Positions 31,623-41,986 of a stretch of DNA of 64,000 nucleotides are shown here, in pieces (the first letter of the stretch is position 1; the number at the start of each line of letters is the position of its first letter). The notes beneath the pieces were generated by a model. The model worked only from the letters and a program-made list of their open reading frames with translations, was not told where the DNA came from and searched no databases. Position numbers and translations under genes: made by a program. This DNA is from Promethearchaeota archaeon (GTDB taxonomy: Archaea; Asgardarchaeota; Lokiarchaeia; Sigyniarchaeales; SOKP01): assembly GCA_048938445.1 (NCBI GenBank), contig JBHLME010000004.1, forward strand, positions 1 through 64,000, given 5' to 3'.

Positions 31623-32009
31623 TCAGATTGCTTCGAGGGTGATCAATTCTTGTAATGCATTGGAAACTTCTGGAGTGATAAAATGCTCGATTTTACAGCA
31701 TAAATCTTGAATTAATTGTTGATTTTTCAAGTTTAAAACAATCTTGAAGAATTCCTGTAAACGACTGAAGTTAACTAGAAGTTCTTTCACTATTTTTTTT
31801 CCCTTTTTGGTTAACCTAATGGGAGAGCGTGGTTTCCAATAAATTAAATCCTGAGCGTTTAATTTATATAACATGTTACTAACTGAAGCTGGCTTTTTTT
31901 TTAAGAATTCAGAGATTTCTTTATTGGAAACCCAGCCCCCCTTATTTTTTTTTGAAATCAAATAAATAGCTTTTAAATAATCTTCATGAGCTTCAGAAAT
32001 TTCTTGCAA
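31623..32009 (-). CDS. DtxR/MntR family metal-dependent regulator
   Basis: EDYLKAIY, PASVSNML, LTKKG, CKIEH. Confidence 0.88.
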   Translation of the reverse strand: MQEISEAHEDYLKAIYLISKKNKGGWVSNKEISEFLKKKPASVSNMLYKLNAQDLIYWKPRSPIRLTKKGKKIVKELLVNFSRLQEFFKIVLNLKNQQLIQDLCCKIEHFITPEVSNALQELITLEAI

Positions 32010-32049
32010 TACTTCTTATCCTCCTTCTTACTTTTTTTTTAAAAAAAAA

Positions 32050-32223
32050 TTATTTGGATACTTTTTCCAAACAATCCTTACAGAAAAATATCCTGCGCAT
32101 TTTTTGCTTGCTCCATACCATTATTCCTTGTTCAAACTTCTTTAAACAGGTCCAGCATAATTTAGGTTTTCCATCAACATCATACCTGTTATTATAATCA
32201 AAATCATATTCGGCAACATTCAT
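32050..32223 (-). CDS. 57-aa zinc-finger protein (not in ORF track)
   Basis: MNVAEYDFDYNNRYDVDGKPKLCWTC...FFCKDCLEKVSK; fills an operon gap. Confidence 0.7.
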   Translation of the reverse strand: MNVAEYDFDYNNRYDVDGKPKLCWTCLKKFEQGIMVWSKQKMRRIFFCKDCLEKVSK

Positions 32224-32273
32224 TTTTTTATATCACTTGGTTTAATATTCTCATAATATATTTTGGATTATTC

Positions 32274-32663
32274 TTATTTCTCTAAATCTTCAATTCTTTT
32301 AGAAACATCTTTCAGGGCATTCTGAATAGCAGTTAATTCTGATTCTAGGTATTCTTTATCCTGTTTTAATGCTTCTAATTTCTGCTCTTCTGTTAATTCA
32401 GGGGGTACGGGATAAATTGGAGCATTAAAGAAAATACCTGCACGTCCACCTCTAAAATATCCTCCGCCTCCCCACCATCGAGCGCCTCTACCCCAGGCTA
32501 ATCCCCTACCATAAGTATTATAGCCCCTTCTTCCAGCACCCCAGGCACCTCCTCCTCCAGGTCCTTTAGTAAATCCAGGGGTATCATATCCTGCGCAATA
32601 TCCTAGTCCTCTTCCAGTTCTAGATCCTAACCCTGCAGGACCAGTCCTATCTCCACCAGGCAC
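32274..32663 (-). CDS. DUF5320-like Gly/Arg-rich protein
   Basis: PGGDRTGP.G.G.RTGRGLGYC, RGG-rich middle, C-terminal coiled coil. Confidence 0.85.
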   Translation of the reverse strand: MPGGDRTGPAGLGSRTGRGLGYCAGYDTPGFTKGPGGGGAWGAGRRGYNTYGRGLAWGRGARWWGGGGYFRGGRAGIFFNAPIYPVPPELTEEQKLEALKQDKEYLESELTAIQNALKDVSKRIEDLEK

Positions 32664-32694
32664 TTTTTTACCACCTCAATTATTAACTAATTAT

Positions 32695-32763
32695 TATGAA
32701 TAATAATTCATTACTAGATAATAATCAACCTATCTTAATAAATGTTATGAATGATTATTCATA
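32695..32763 (-). promoter_or_regulatory. Promoter with two palindromic operators flanking a TATA box
   Basis: Operators at 32695 and 32746; near-copy of 38732-38800. Confidence 0.75.
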
Positions 32764-33001
32764 ATTTCGCTCATTTTTATTTATTTTTAAACATATATTT
32801 ATGACAATTTATCAAAATATATCAATGAATAAGCTAATATAATATAAATAATCTAATATTAAGTGAAAAATGGACATTTCAGAAAACATTTATATAAATT
32901 AGGAAGAATTAAACAAGAATATGGCTAAAGTATAAGTGAAAAAGCGATCTTGACAGCCTTCCTGAATTTTATTAGTTTAATTACAAATCATAAATGATTA
33001 T

Positions 33002-33019
33002 TATGAATGATTATTCATA
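33002..33019. promoter_or_regulatory. Palindromic operator TATGAATGATTATTCATA
   Basis: 17/18 match to consensus, upstream of 33079. Confidence 0.7.
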
Positions 33020-33078
33020 ATATTTAAATATCTTATTTTATATTAAATTTATTGAAAAAAACAATTTGAGGTAAAATT

Positions 33079-33825
33079 ATGCCAAGATGTCATAGACATG
33101 GATATCATAACTCAGGTTATCCTAATAGATATCGACCAAATTATTTTGCAGGAAATGGTAACAATAAACTAAATATATACAAACCTAAGGAAATCTTATA
33201 TATCTCAACCAATAAACGTGTTCCTATAGAATATCAAAAACCACCAAGTCTGAATCACCATTTAAATCAAAGAAGGATGAATAATATTGACCTAAAAATC
33301 AAGGATATTCAATCTAAAATAAAAGATGAGATTAAATCAAGAAAGATCATTATTAAAAACCATATTTCAAAAGACGATGAAACTTTAACGTGGCAAGAAG
33401 GAAATATCTATCGTTTAAAACCAGAATATATAAATTTTTTGTCAGAAAATTCTAAATTTGGCTTTTTAAAAAGAAGAAAATTAAAAAAAACATTGGAATT
33501 TATCAGATTTAATCTCAATCATGACTCCGAAGATATATTAATAGATTACAAAAAAAATAAAATATTTAGCTCAGATTCCCTTTCTTCAGTTTTAAAAGTA
33601 AAATCTTCAGAATGGAAAAAATGGGAAGATATAATCAAACTAATTGGGGCTAATATTAATGACTACAAACTTTCCATAAAAGAACAAGTACTTGATCAAT
33701 TGTATCACGATTACGATGACATATTTTTCCCTGATAATAAAGAACAAGTAAAAATTTGCGAGAAATGCGGTTTAGAAAATAAGAGGAAAGCACTCTATTG
33801 CTATTATTGTGGTAATAAATTTTAG
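33079..33825 (+). CDS. Hypothetical protein with C-terminal zinc ribbon
   Basis: CEKCG...CYYCG. Confidence 0.7.
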   Translation: MPRCHRHGYHNSGYPNRYRPNYFAGNGNNKLNIYKPKEILYISTNKRVPIEYQKPPSLNHHLNQRRMNNIDLKIKDIQSKIKDEIKSRKIIIKNHISKDDETLTWQEGNIYRLKPEYINFLSENSKFGFLKRRKLKKTLEFIRFNLNHDSEDILIDYKKNKIFSSDSLSSVLKVKSSEWKKWEDIIKLIGANINDYKLSIKEQVLDQLYHDYDDIFFPDNKEQVKICEKCGLENKRKALYCYYCGNKF

Positions 33826-33874
33826 AAGTTAATTTTTGATTTAGAATTTATCAAAATTTTTGAGATATTTGGTA

Positions 33875-34831
33875 ATGAATAAAAAAGCAGAATATAAGTG
33901 GAAATATGGATTTTTCTTGGGTTGTGTCATTCCTAATAGATATCCAATGATAGAAATTTCCATTCGAAATGTTTTTGATTATTTAGGTGTAGAATTAGTA
34001 GATCTGCCAGGAGCCTCGTGTTGTCCCGCGCCGGGAGTATTTCGTGCTTTTCATATTCCTAGTTGGTACGTTATTGCTGCCAGAAATATCTCCATAGGTG
34101 AGAGTTTAGGTGTTAATCTCGTAACAGGTTGTAATGGTTGTTATGGAACTTTAAGGGATGTCTGGTATGAGCTGCAGCATGATAAAGAAATGAAAAAAAA
34201 GGTCAATGAGGAATTAGAAAAAGTTGGAAGAATTTATAAAGGTAATTTAGAACCCAAACATCTAATGGAGGTTTTCTATTTGGATATGGGAATAGATTAC
34301 GTAAATGATTTTATTCGATATAAATTTAAGGACTTAAAAGTTGCTGTACATTACGGATGTCATATTATTAAACCAAGCGATAAAAGACCCTGGAATGGCG
34401 AATATGAAGTCCCAACCTTCTTTGATGAAATTGTTGAATTAACAAGCGCAAAAAGTATAGACTATAAAGATAAATTCATGTGCTGTGGTGCTGGAGGAGC
34501 ATTAAGAACGGCAGTGAAGGAAGTCGCAGCGGATTTCACTCGAGAAAAATTAATTAACATTCGTAATGCAGGAGCTGATATAATCGTTGATTGTTGCCCT
34601 TTTTGTCACCTACAACTGGACCTTGGACAAGTGGAAGTAAATAATATTTATAAGGACATAATTGGAGAACCATTTAATATTCCAATAATATATATCACTC
34701 AACTTTTAGGCGTTTCTTTTGGAATGGATCCTAATTTATTAGGTTTGGTAAAGAATCATTCACTCTCTGGCGTATCTCCATTTATTTCAATTGATCCTTT
34801 TGTTGAAATTGTTAAAGAACAATTAGGTTAG
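33875..34831 (+). CDS. hdrB: Heterodisulfide reductase subunit B
   Basis: FLGC, SCCPAPG, GCNGC, HYGCH, CCGAGG, CPFCHLQLD; ATG at 33875. Confidence 0.92.
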   Translation: MNKKAEYKWKYGFFLGCVIPNRYPMIEISIRNVFDYLGVELVDLPGASCCPAPGVFRAFHIPSWYVIAARNISIGESLGVNLVTGCNGCYGTLRDVWYELQHDKEMKKKVNEELEKVGRIYKGNLEPKHLMEVFYLDMGIDYVNDFIRYKFKDLKVAVHYGCHIIKPSDKRPWNGEYEVPTFFDEIVELTSAKSIDYKDKFMCCGAGGALRTAVKEVAADFTREKLINIRNAGADIIVDCCPFCHLQLDLGQVEVNNIYKDIIGEPFNIPIIYITQLLGVSFGMDPNLLGLVKNHSLSGVSPFISIDPFVEIVKEQLG

Positions 34832-35073
34832 AATTTTAATCTTAACTTGAGAATATGTAGCTCCTAGGACTTAAAAAAATGACCTTAAAATGGAAGATCT
34901 GTCTGATATATCTCTACTCAATAATCAATTAAAAAAGAAAAATTTCAAATTAGCTGAATTTAAAGAATTGAATTTTTTAAGGATTTTCTATATGCAACAT
35001 ATGAAAGGAGCTCATCTTACAAATTTTTGCAGAAATCTCGAATCCATTTTGAAAATTATAAAAAAATAATGCT

Positions 35074-36006
35074 ATGAAGTATATATATGGACCTGTTCCA
35101 AGCAGGAGATTAGGAAGATCTTTAGGAATTGATCCAATTCCTTCAAAAACATGCAATTATCAATGTGTGTATTGTCAATTAGGAAAAACAACGAATTTTA
35201 CAAATCAAAGGAAAAATTATTTTCCCAAACAAGAAATAATCTCCGAAATTTCAGAAGTCCTTGAATATGGTGATACAAATTTTGATTATGTAACATTTGT
35301 AGGAAGTGGAGAACCAACATTGTTTAAAGATTTGAAGGACTTAATTTTAATAACAAAAAAACTCTCTCACAAACCTATCTGCGTAATTACAAATGGGGCA
35401 TTATTATATCAAAAGGAAGTAATAGATTCATTATTACTCTTCGATATTGTTTTGCCTAGCTTGGATGCTGGAGATGAGCCCTCTTTTATCAAAATTAATC
35501 GACCACATCCATCTATAAAATATAATTCTGTTATTCAAGGGCTTATTGACTTCAAGAATAAATTTAAGGGCAAATTCTGGGTGGAGATCATGTTGATAAA
35601 AGGAATAAATGATTCAAAAAAAGCACTTTTAAAAATTAAGGACAAAATTGATCTAATAAAACCAGATAGAATTGATATAAATGTTCCAATAAGACCCCCT
35701 GTTGAAGAGTGGGTTAAAATTCCGGATAAATCTGTCTTCTCCTTATTAAATGAGGTATTTAGTGAATACAACAATATTAGTTTCCCTGAAATTGGATCTT
35801 TCGGATTTTATTCATCAGATTTCGAAAAAGAACTCTTATCAATAATAGAGAGACATCCAATGAGACAAGAACAGATATTAAAAACGTTTTCCTCTAAAAA
35901 TTTAGATAAGAATGATATTTTAACAAGATTAAAAAAACTAAAATCCCTAAATGTAATTGAAAAAAAAAAATATTCGAATATAATTTATTGGAAATTAAAG
36001 ATCTAA
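35074..36006 (+). CDS. Radical SAM protein
   Basis: GPVPSRRLGRSLG, CNYQCVYC, GSGEPT. Confidence 0.9.
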   Translation: MKYIYGPVPSRRLGRSLGIDPIPSKTCNYQCVYCQLGKTTNFTNQRKNYFPKQEIISEISEVLEYGDTNFDYVTFVGSGEPTLFKDLKDLILITKKLSHKPICVITNGALLYQKEVIDSLLLFDIVLPSLDAGDEPSFIKINRPHPSIKYNSVIQGLIDFKNKFKGKFWVEIMLIKGINDSKKALLKIKDKIDLIKPDRIDINVPIRPPVEEWVKIPDKSVFSLLNEVFSEYNNISFPEIGSFGFYSSDFEKELLSIIERHPMRQEQILKTFSSKNLDKNDILTRLKKLKSLNVIEKKKYSNIIYWKLKI

Positions 36007-36145
36007 CAAATTTAGAATTCTCATTGAAAAAACAACTTTATTTGTTAAAAATGTTGATGTGATTAAGGACATTCCTGTTTTAATTATTTAATAGGCACAA
36101 GATCAAGATGGTAATTTTTTAGGTAATAAATTAGAAATTCCTACG

Positions 36146-36574
36146 TTATTCTATTACAGGGATAATTGCATTATTAGGGCAATTTTTAAAGCATTTTAAA
36201 CAATTGTTGCATTCTAAAAGGTTGTTTTTCTGAAATACAATTTTTTCTTTTCCAATTTTATCCTTTTGGAGCTTATATAGATTTTTAAAGCAAAAATCAT
36301 CATTTATACATATTTTACAAAAATTACATTTATCAGAATCAATTTCAAATCCTTTCAATTGACCATCTTCAATAGAAATTACTTCGATGGCTCCATGTTC
36401 ACAAACTTCCACGCATTTTAAACACCCCTCGCATTTATTATAGTCTACATAGCGCAAGGAATCTTTAAAAAAAATTGCTTTTGTGGAGCAACTATACATG
36501 CACCGCTGACATCTTACACATAAATTCGGATTTATACTAATCGGAAATAATTTTTCGTTTATAATGTCATTCAT
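36146..36574 (-). CDS. Polyferredoxin
   Basis: Four CxxCxxC-type motifs. Confidence 0.85.
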   Translation of the reverse strand: MNDIINEKLFPISINPNLCVRCQRCMYSCSTKAIFFKDSLRYVDYNKCEGCLKCVEVCEHGAIEVISIEDGQLKGFEIDSDKCNFCKICINDDFCFKNLYKLQKDKIGKEKIVFQKNNLLECNNCLKCFKNCPNNAIIPVIE

Positions 36575-36600
36575 TTATGATTACTCTTGATTTATAGGAA

Positions 36601-37377
36601 TTAAACTAAATTTTTAAACAATTCTTTAGCCTTGATGTAAGCTAAATTATTCTTAGGGAGATTTAAAAGATTTTTACCTAATAAATTATATTTCATGAGT
36701 TCCATATCTAGTGGAATGTATCCCAATAGATGAATATTTGGATCATTGAGGGATTTTAATTTTTCATTAAAAAGATCTATTCTATCGTTTGGAAACTTAT
36801 TTCCCAACAACCAATAATTTTCAAATGTCAAGTTGACTTCTTTCGATACTATCAGAATATTTTTTAAAGTACTAAATGCCATTTTACTTGGCTCAACGAT
36901 TATCAATAAATCTGATACGTCTTTTCCCGTCTTTCGTGCAAAATGTTCTAAACCTGCTGGTGAGTCAAATAAAATGAAATTATAAGTTTCTGAGAGGATA
37001 TCAAGCGCATTTTTTAACACATTATTTACGGAGCAATAGCACCCCTCTCCTTCCGTACGTCCCATTTCTATTAAATCAAATGCATCCTTATTGATTATAC
37101 AATTAAAAATTTCCGCTTCGATCGCTTGCTTTTTATCTTTATAAGGAGCAATCATATTTTTAGCAATTTTATCTTGAAGGGTTTTCATTTTTCCAGCAAT
37201 TGTTTCATTAAAATGAATTTTTTCTCCAATTAAATCTGCAACATTCGCATCAGGATCTGCATCTATAACGAGAATTCTATAATCCTTTTTACTTTCAATT
37301 AGGAATTTTAAAAAAAGAACCAAGCACGTGGATTTTCCAACACCCCCTTTTCCCGTGAATGCTATTGATTTATCCAT
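36601..37377 (-). CDS. cooC: CooC/AcsF-like nickel-insertion ATPase
   Basis: GKGGVGKS, DADP, GEGCYC, DSPAGLEHF. Confidence 0.85.
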   Translation of the reverse strand: MDKSIAFTGKGGVGKSTCLVLFLKFLIESKKDYRILVIDADPDANVADLIGEKIHFNETIAGKMKTLQDKIAKNMIAPYKDKKQAIEAEIFNCIINKDAFDLIEMGRTEGEGCYCSVNNVLKNALDILSETYNFILFDSPAGLEHFARKTGKDVSDLLIIVEPSKMAFSTLKNILIVSKEVNLTFENYWLLGNKFPNDRIDLFNEKLKSLNDPNIHLLGYIPLDMELMKYNLLGKNLLNLPKNNLAYIKAKELFKNLV

Positions 37378-37395
37378 TTTTTTATTTCTATTTTT

Positions 37396-37881
37396 TTAAC
37401 TGTTCAGTAGATATTTTATGTCTACTTTTTCATGTTTATTATATCCATTTTCACGCTTAATTATTCTTCTTTTTATACGACTTGATGAATTTAATTCATA
37501 TTTATCGTAATATATATTTAATCTTCTAACATCAATTTGGCTTAAACCTTTGCTTTTTAAAGTTTCTTTTAAAATTTTTTCATCAAACCTTTGATCTGGC
37601 CCTAAGAGAATAATATCTGGATTAATTTCCAAAACAGTTAATAAAATGTTTTTATCTTTTCTTCCTAATACTACTTCTTTTACATTTTTCAGATTTTTTA
37701 TAACTTCTAATCTTTGTTCTTCAGGTATTATTGGCGGTTTTCCAGAATATCTTTCTCGATTTTCATCGGTAGCTATAATTACATGAACTTCACCTAATTT
37801 AGCGGCTTCATTTATTAAAAATATATGACCTGGGTGTAAAATATCAAAAGTACCTGCTACTAGTATTTTTTTATTATTCAT
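37396..37881 (-). CDS. ribL: Archaeal FAD synthase / cytidylyltransferase family
   Basis: GTFDILHPGH, EQRLEV, LGPDQ, SSSRIK. Confidence 0.75.
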   Translation of the reverse strand: MNNKKILVAGTFDILHPGHIFLINEAAKLGEVHVIIATDENRERYSGKPPIIPEEQRLEVIKNLKNVKEVVLGRKDKNILLTVLEINPDIILLGPDQRFDEKILKETLKSKGLSQIDVRRLNIYYDKYELNSSSRIKRRIIKRENGYNKHEKVDIKYLLNS

Positions 37882-37985
37882 TTAAGATAACTATTTTTTA
37901 AATTAATTTCTCAATTAAATATATCTCCATTTATACTTTCTTTACATTCCTTTTATTGAAGTTGACATTAGAAAGTTATAATTAT

Positions 37986-38330
37986 TTACATCTTTTCAAT
38001 TATTTCTTTTAAGATTAGCTCCCCCGTAGCACCAACCATTACGCCTTTTTTTACGATAGCTTCACCCATAACTTCAATGTTTTTATCCAATAGCTTACCA
38101 TCTTTAAAAAACAATAGAGTTGGTACGGCGAATATATTTAATTTTTGACCCATCTCACGATTTTCATCAATATTAATTCGTATTAAATTAATTAACCCTT
38201 TATTCTTGAAATTCTCTAAGATTGGAGATATTAACTTACAAGGTCCACACCATTCAGTATATAAGTCAATTATAAGTTTACCTTCCACAGGACCATCAAT
38301 TCCATATTGTTTAAAATATTCAATGTTCAT
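37986..38330 (-). CDS. trxA: Thioredoxin
   Basis: WCGPC, VPTL; start moved to ATG 38330. Confidence 0.85.
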   Translation of the reverse strand: MNIEYFKQYGIDGPVEGKLIIDLYTEWCGPCKLISPILENFKNKGLINLIRINIDENREMGQKLNIFAVPTLLFFKDGKLLDKNIEVMGEAIVKKGVMVGATGELILKEIIEKM

Positions 38331-38383
38331 ATATTTACACAATTTAAAAGTTAATATTTTCAAATTAATAAATATTAAATTAC

Positions 38384-38563
38384 TTATTTTCTTACCAATC
38401 TTGACCCACAAGATGGACAAACTTGTTGGTAGCACGGAATTCCTATTTGATGCGGAAATGTTTTGCCACAATTTGGACAGAAACAGGCTCCTCCAGGACC
38501 TGCAGCTTGTCCGCCTCCCATCCTACCTCTACCCCCTCCTTGTCCTCTTCCTCGACCACTCAT
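38384..38563 (-). CDS. 59-aa Gly/Arg-rich zinc-ribbon protein (not in ORF track)
   Basis: MSGRGRGQGGGRGRMGGGQAAGPGGACFCPNCGKTFPHQIGIPCYQQVCPSCGSRLVRK. Confidence 0.85.
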   Translation of the reverse strand: MSGRGRGQGGGRGRMGGGQAAGPGGACFCPNCGKTFPHQIGIPCYQQVCPSCGSRLVRK

Positions 38564-38731
38564 TATTATTCCCTAACTAGTAATTTTATATTTTCTTTCT
38601 AAGATGTAAAAAAATCTAGTTTTAATGATTTAGTAGATATCACTTTAGATTTTCTACTTACAAAGTATTACAAATATCCTTTTCTTTGTTTTTTTTTAAT
38701 TTATAGAATTTTTTTAATAATTCTTGATAAT

Positions 38732-38800
38732 TCTGAATAATTATTCATTACTAAGTGTTAGTTAACCTACCTTAATAAATGTTATGAATAATTATTCATA
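38732..38800 (-). promoter_or_regulatory. Promoter with two palindromic operators flanking a TATA box
   Basis: Operators at 38732 and 38783 (perfect); near-copy of 32695-32763. Confidence 0.75.
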
Positions 38801-38978
38801 AATCACTTAATTATTTCTTATAATCCTTAATGAAAACTTGGGATTAAATTTGATTTGTGGTATAATTATTTTAAGGAAAAATTTTTTCAGATGCTATTTT
38901 TAATAATAGTTATTTTTTAGTATGAGTAAGTCTTATTATTTTTATTATTAATAATTATTCAAAAAAACTTGATTTAAT

Positions 38979-39983
38979 ATGGATATTGGAAGTATTGAAA
39001 GTGGAAAACTTGATATCAAAGTCTTAACGACAAATACCACACTAGCGACGTTGTTAGATAAGGAGAATTTAAAAGGAAAAGTAAAACAACCAGGTCCTTT
39101 AGGTGCAAGGTTATTAGGAGAACATGGGTTATCACTCTTATTTGATATAAAGGACGGGGACCAGAAAAAAAAATTACTTTTAGATGCGGGAGGAGCTAAT
39201 GAAAGTATATTATATAATGCAAAGATCTTGCGTCTTAAATTTAAAGAAATAAATACATTCATCTTGAGTCATGGTCATATTGACCATTTTGGGGGAATGG
39301 AAAAATTATTACCAAATTTAAAAGAAGGATGTGAAATCATTATAAGTCCCGAAGCTTATCTCAATAATGTAATTTTAGTTCCTGCTGATAATAACTATTA
39401 TAGTCCAGAAGAATTATCGAAAAATTATGCTAATTTAGCGAAACAGATAGATAATAAGTATAGCATTCCATTACCTCCCTTCAGTAAAAAAATGGTAAAT
39501 AATCTCGTAGCTGAAAACAAACTTAATTTAATTGAAGCTAAAGAGCCGATCAAGCTAAATGAGGGGATCATAACCAGCGGACCCATTGAACTATTTAATG
39601 AGGATGAATCCACCAAAGGATTTTATCTCAAGAAAGATAATGATACTTTTGTAAAAAATACCTTCAGGGATGAGAATTCTATATATATAAATGTAAAAGA
39701 TAAAGGATTAGTAGTGATTACTGGTTGTGGGCATGCGGGAATAGTGAATACGATTAAGCATGGTCAAAAATTAACTGGAGTAAATAAAATTTATGCCGTA
39801 ATTGGAGGCTTTCATGAAGAATGGAATCCAATAGAAACCGTTCAAAGAAAAGTGAATTTTATTAAGGAACTGAATCCAGAAATTATCTGTGGAATGCATT
39901 GCACGGGATTTATATTTAATAAATTGATAGCTGACCATCCTGCTCATGTTTTAGGGATTTCAGGAACAGAGTTTCGGTTTTAA
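38979..39983 (+). CDS. MBL-fold metallohydrolase
   Basis: EHGLS, SHGHIDH, TGCGHAG, GGFH, MHCTG. Confidence 0.88.
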   Translation: MDIGSIESGKLDIKVLTTNTTLATLLDKENLKGKVKQPGPLGARLLGEHGLSLLFDIKDGDQKKKLLLDAGGANESILYNAKILRLKFKEINTFILSHGHIDHFGGMEKLLPNLKEGCEIIISPEAYLNNVILVPADNNYYSPEELSKNYANLAKQIDNKYSIPLPPFSKKMVNNLVAENKLNLIEAKEPIKLNEGIITSGPIELFNEDESTKGFYLKKDNDTFVKNTFRDENSIYINVKDKGLVVITGCGHAGIVNTIKHGQKLTGVNKIYAVIGGFHEEWNPIETVQRKVNFIKELNPEIICGMHCTGFIFNKLIADHPAHVLGISGTEFRF

Positions 39984-40064
39984 ATTAATTTAATTTATAG
40001 AATTTAAAAAAACTTTAAAGATTCTACAAATAGCGTATTAAATTAGAAAATTCAATCATTAAGT

Positions 40065-41297
40065 TTAATTTGACTTCAAATTGATTATTTCTTGTAATAT
40101 GTTAAAATCTGTAATTTCTAAATCTACAAAATTATTTTCAAAGATAAGAGAAGGCCCTTTATTTAGTGGTTTCTTCAAAAATATGTAATCTATTTTTTTA
40201 GATATTAAAAAATCAGAAACTAACAATCCTTTCCGTTTTTCTACTTTTCGAAAAGGATTTTCTAAAATTTCCATTTTTTTTAATCTATTTTCCTCGAAAT
40301 CTAAAAGAGCAAAATAATTACTTTCTCCAAAGTGTTCAGAAATGGGAGAACTATTAGCCAAATTATCTTCTAATGGCACTGCAATTCTTAATTCCTTGAT
40401 TTGCTTTCCATGAGTGTTAAATACTACTTTAAAAATTTTAGGAAACTTTGCTTTTATTTGATCGGTTAATTTACTTTTTAAAACATCTACTTTATACTGC
40501 GGAATGTTTTCATTTAATGAAAAACTTACTTCTAAGAAGATAAATCTTCCATAAGATCGTATTTCGATATTTTCGACTTCTTTAATGGTAGGAAAATTCT
40601 TAATTAAATCATAAAGCTCTGTTCGTTTATCAAATTCTACCACGGCATCTAATAGGGTACGCATTGAAGAAATAAAAATTTCATAACCACCTTTTACTAT
40701 AAATATAGTTATTAATAGTCCTAAAACAGGATCTAATAGATATAATTTAAAAAAAGCACCTATAACTCCAATAAATACAGATGTAGATATTAAAACGTCA
40801 ACTTTCTTTTCATTTGCTTCAGTTTCAATTATTGGGACATTTGTTTTCTTACTAATTATTTTTAAATAAATGGTCATTAAAGACGAAATCAAAATGGAGA
40901 TAATTAAAAATAAAAATAAATCATTAGAAATTTCTAAAGGATTAGGATTTCCATTGATAAAAGCAATAATACTTGAAATCGATTCTATAAAAATGTTATA
41001 AGCATTAAAAAAAATAAATAAAGCAAAAAATAAACTAATAATATTTTCAATTTTATAATAACCATAAGGATATTGTTTATTTGGCTTCTTTCTTACTAAA
41101 ATAAAACCAAGCATTGCTGTAGCATACATTACAATATCATTTAAATTGTCGAAAGCATCTGCTCTGAGAGCGATACTATTTGAAATAAAGCTAAAAGCCA
41201 ATTTTAAAATTATCAAAATTATATATGTAATTAAGAGTACTAAATTAACAAATTCAGGTTTTGTGTATAATTTTTCATTATCTTTAATTATAGACAT
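40065..41297 (-). CDS. Cation diffusion facilitator fused to a NifB/NifX-like domain
   Basis: SIALRADAF, YPYGYYKIE; C-terminal IAVP...SEHFG. Confidence 0.85.
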   Translation of the reverse strand: MSIIKDNEKLYTKPEFVNLVLLITYIILIILKLAFSFISNSIALRADAFDNLNDIVMYATAMLGFILVRKKPNKQYPYGYYKIENIISLFFALFIFFNAYNIFIESISSIIAFINGNPNPLEISNDLFLFLIISILISSLMTIYLKIISKKTNVPIIETEANEKKVDVLISTSVFIGVIGAFFKLYLLDPVLGLLITIFIVKGGYEIFISSMRTLLDAVVEFDKRTELYDLIKNFPTIKEVENIEIRSYGRFIFLEVSFSLNENIPQYKVDVLKSKLTDQIKAKFPKIFKVVFNTHGKQIKELRIAVPLEDNLANSSPISEHFGESNYFALLDFEENRLKKMEILENPFRKVEKRKGLLVSDFLISKKIDYIFLKKPLNKGPSLIFENNFVDLEITDFNILQEIINLKSN

Positions 41298-41410
41298 TTT
41301 CTTTCAAATGTGTTCAATGGTTAAATTATGATATTTTTCTTTTTTTTATAAAAATTAAATAATCTATGTTATAAATTGTAGAATAATTATTTTTTAAAAA
41401 ATTTAAGAAT

Positions 41411-41483
41411 TATGAATATATATTCATAAAGCTTAAAAGCAAAAAAAAATTAATTAAATTGTATAAATGAATAATTATTAAAA
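41411..41483. promoter_or_regulatory. Palindromic operator(s) upstream of the NifX operon
   Basis: TATGAATATATATTCATA at 41411; partial copy at 41466. Confidence 0.65.
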
Positions 41484-41541
41484 ATCATTTTTCGGGTCAT
41501 TTTAAAATAAAAATAATAAATTTAAGCAGGTTTTTAAAAAA

Positions 41542-41949
41542 ATGAAATATGCAATAAGCACTGACTCCGGTCAAGTGTGTCCTCATTTTGGACGGGCTCC
41601 AGAATTTACTATAATAACTATAGAAGATGGTAAACTAATAGAAAAAAATGTATTTTCAAATCCTGGACACACAGTTGGGAGTATTCCTCAATTTATTAAT
41701 GAAAAAGGGGCAAAATGTATGATTACAGGTGGAATGGGTCATAGGGCAGTTCAATTCTTCCAACAGTATGGCATTGAAGTTGTAATGGGTGTCAGTGGAG
41801 ATATTAACGAAGTTATTGAAAACATCATAAATGGAACATTAATAGGTGGTGAGAGTTTATGTGCTCCAGGAGCGGGGAAAGGATATGGAGTAGAAAAAAT
41901 TCATACTGAAGCAGATGATGATCATCACCATAATCATGGATTGAGCTAA
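41542..41949 (+). CDS. NifB/NifX family protein
   Basis: HFGRAP, GGMG, His-rich tail. Confidence 0.88.
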   Translation: MKYAISTDSGQVCPHFGRAPEFTIITIEDGKLIEKNVFSNPGHTVGSIPQFINEKGAKCMITGGMGHRAVQFFQQYGIEVVMGVSGDINEVIENIINGTLIGGESLCAPGAGKGYGVEKIHTEADDDHHHNHGLS

Positions 41950-41986
41950 AATAATATTCAAAAGTAATAATAAACCAACAAATATT

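Noticed and set aside
34890-35069. 59-aa ORF between hdrB and the radical SAM gene
   Set aside because: No SD or motif; cannot be distinguished from chance
38331-38471. Long thioredoxin N-terminus in the ORF track
   Set aside because: Overlaps the zinc-ribbon gene; ATG 38330 gives a normal size
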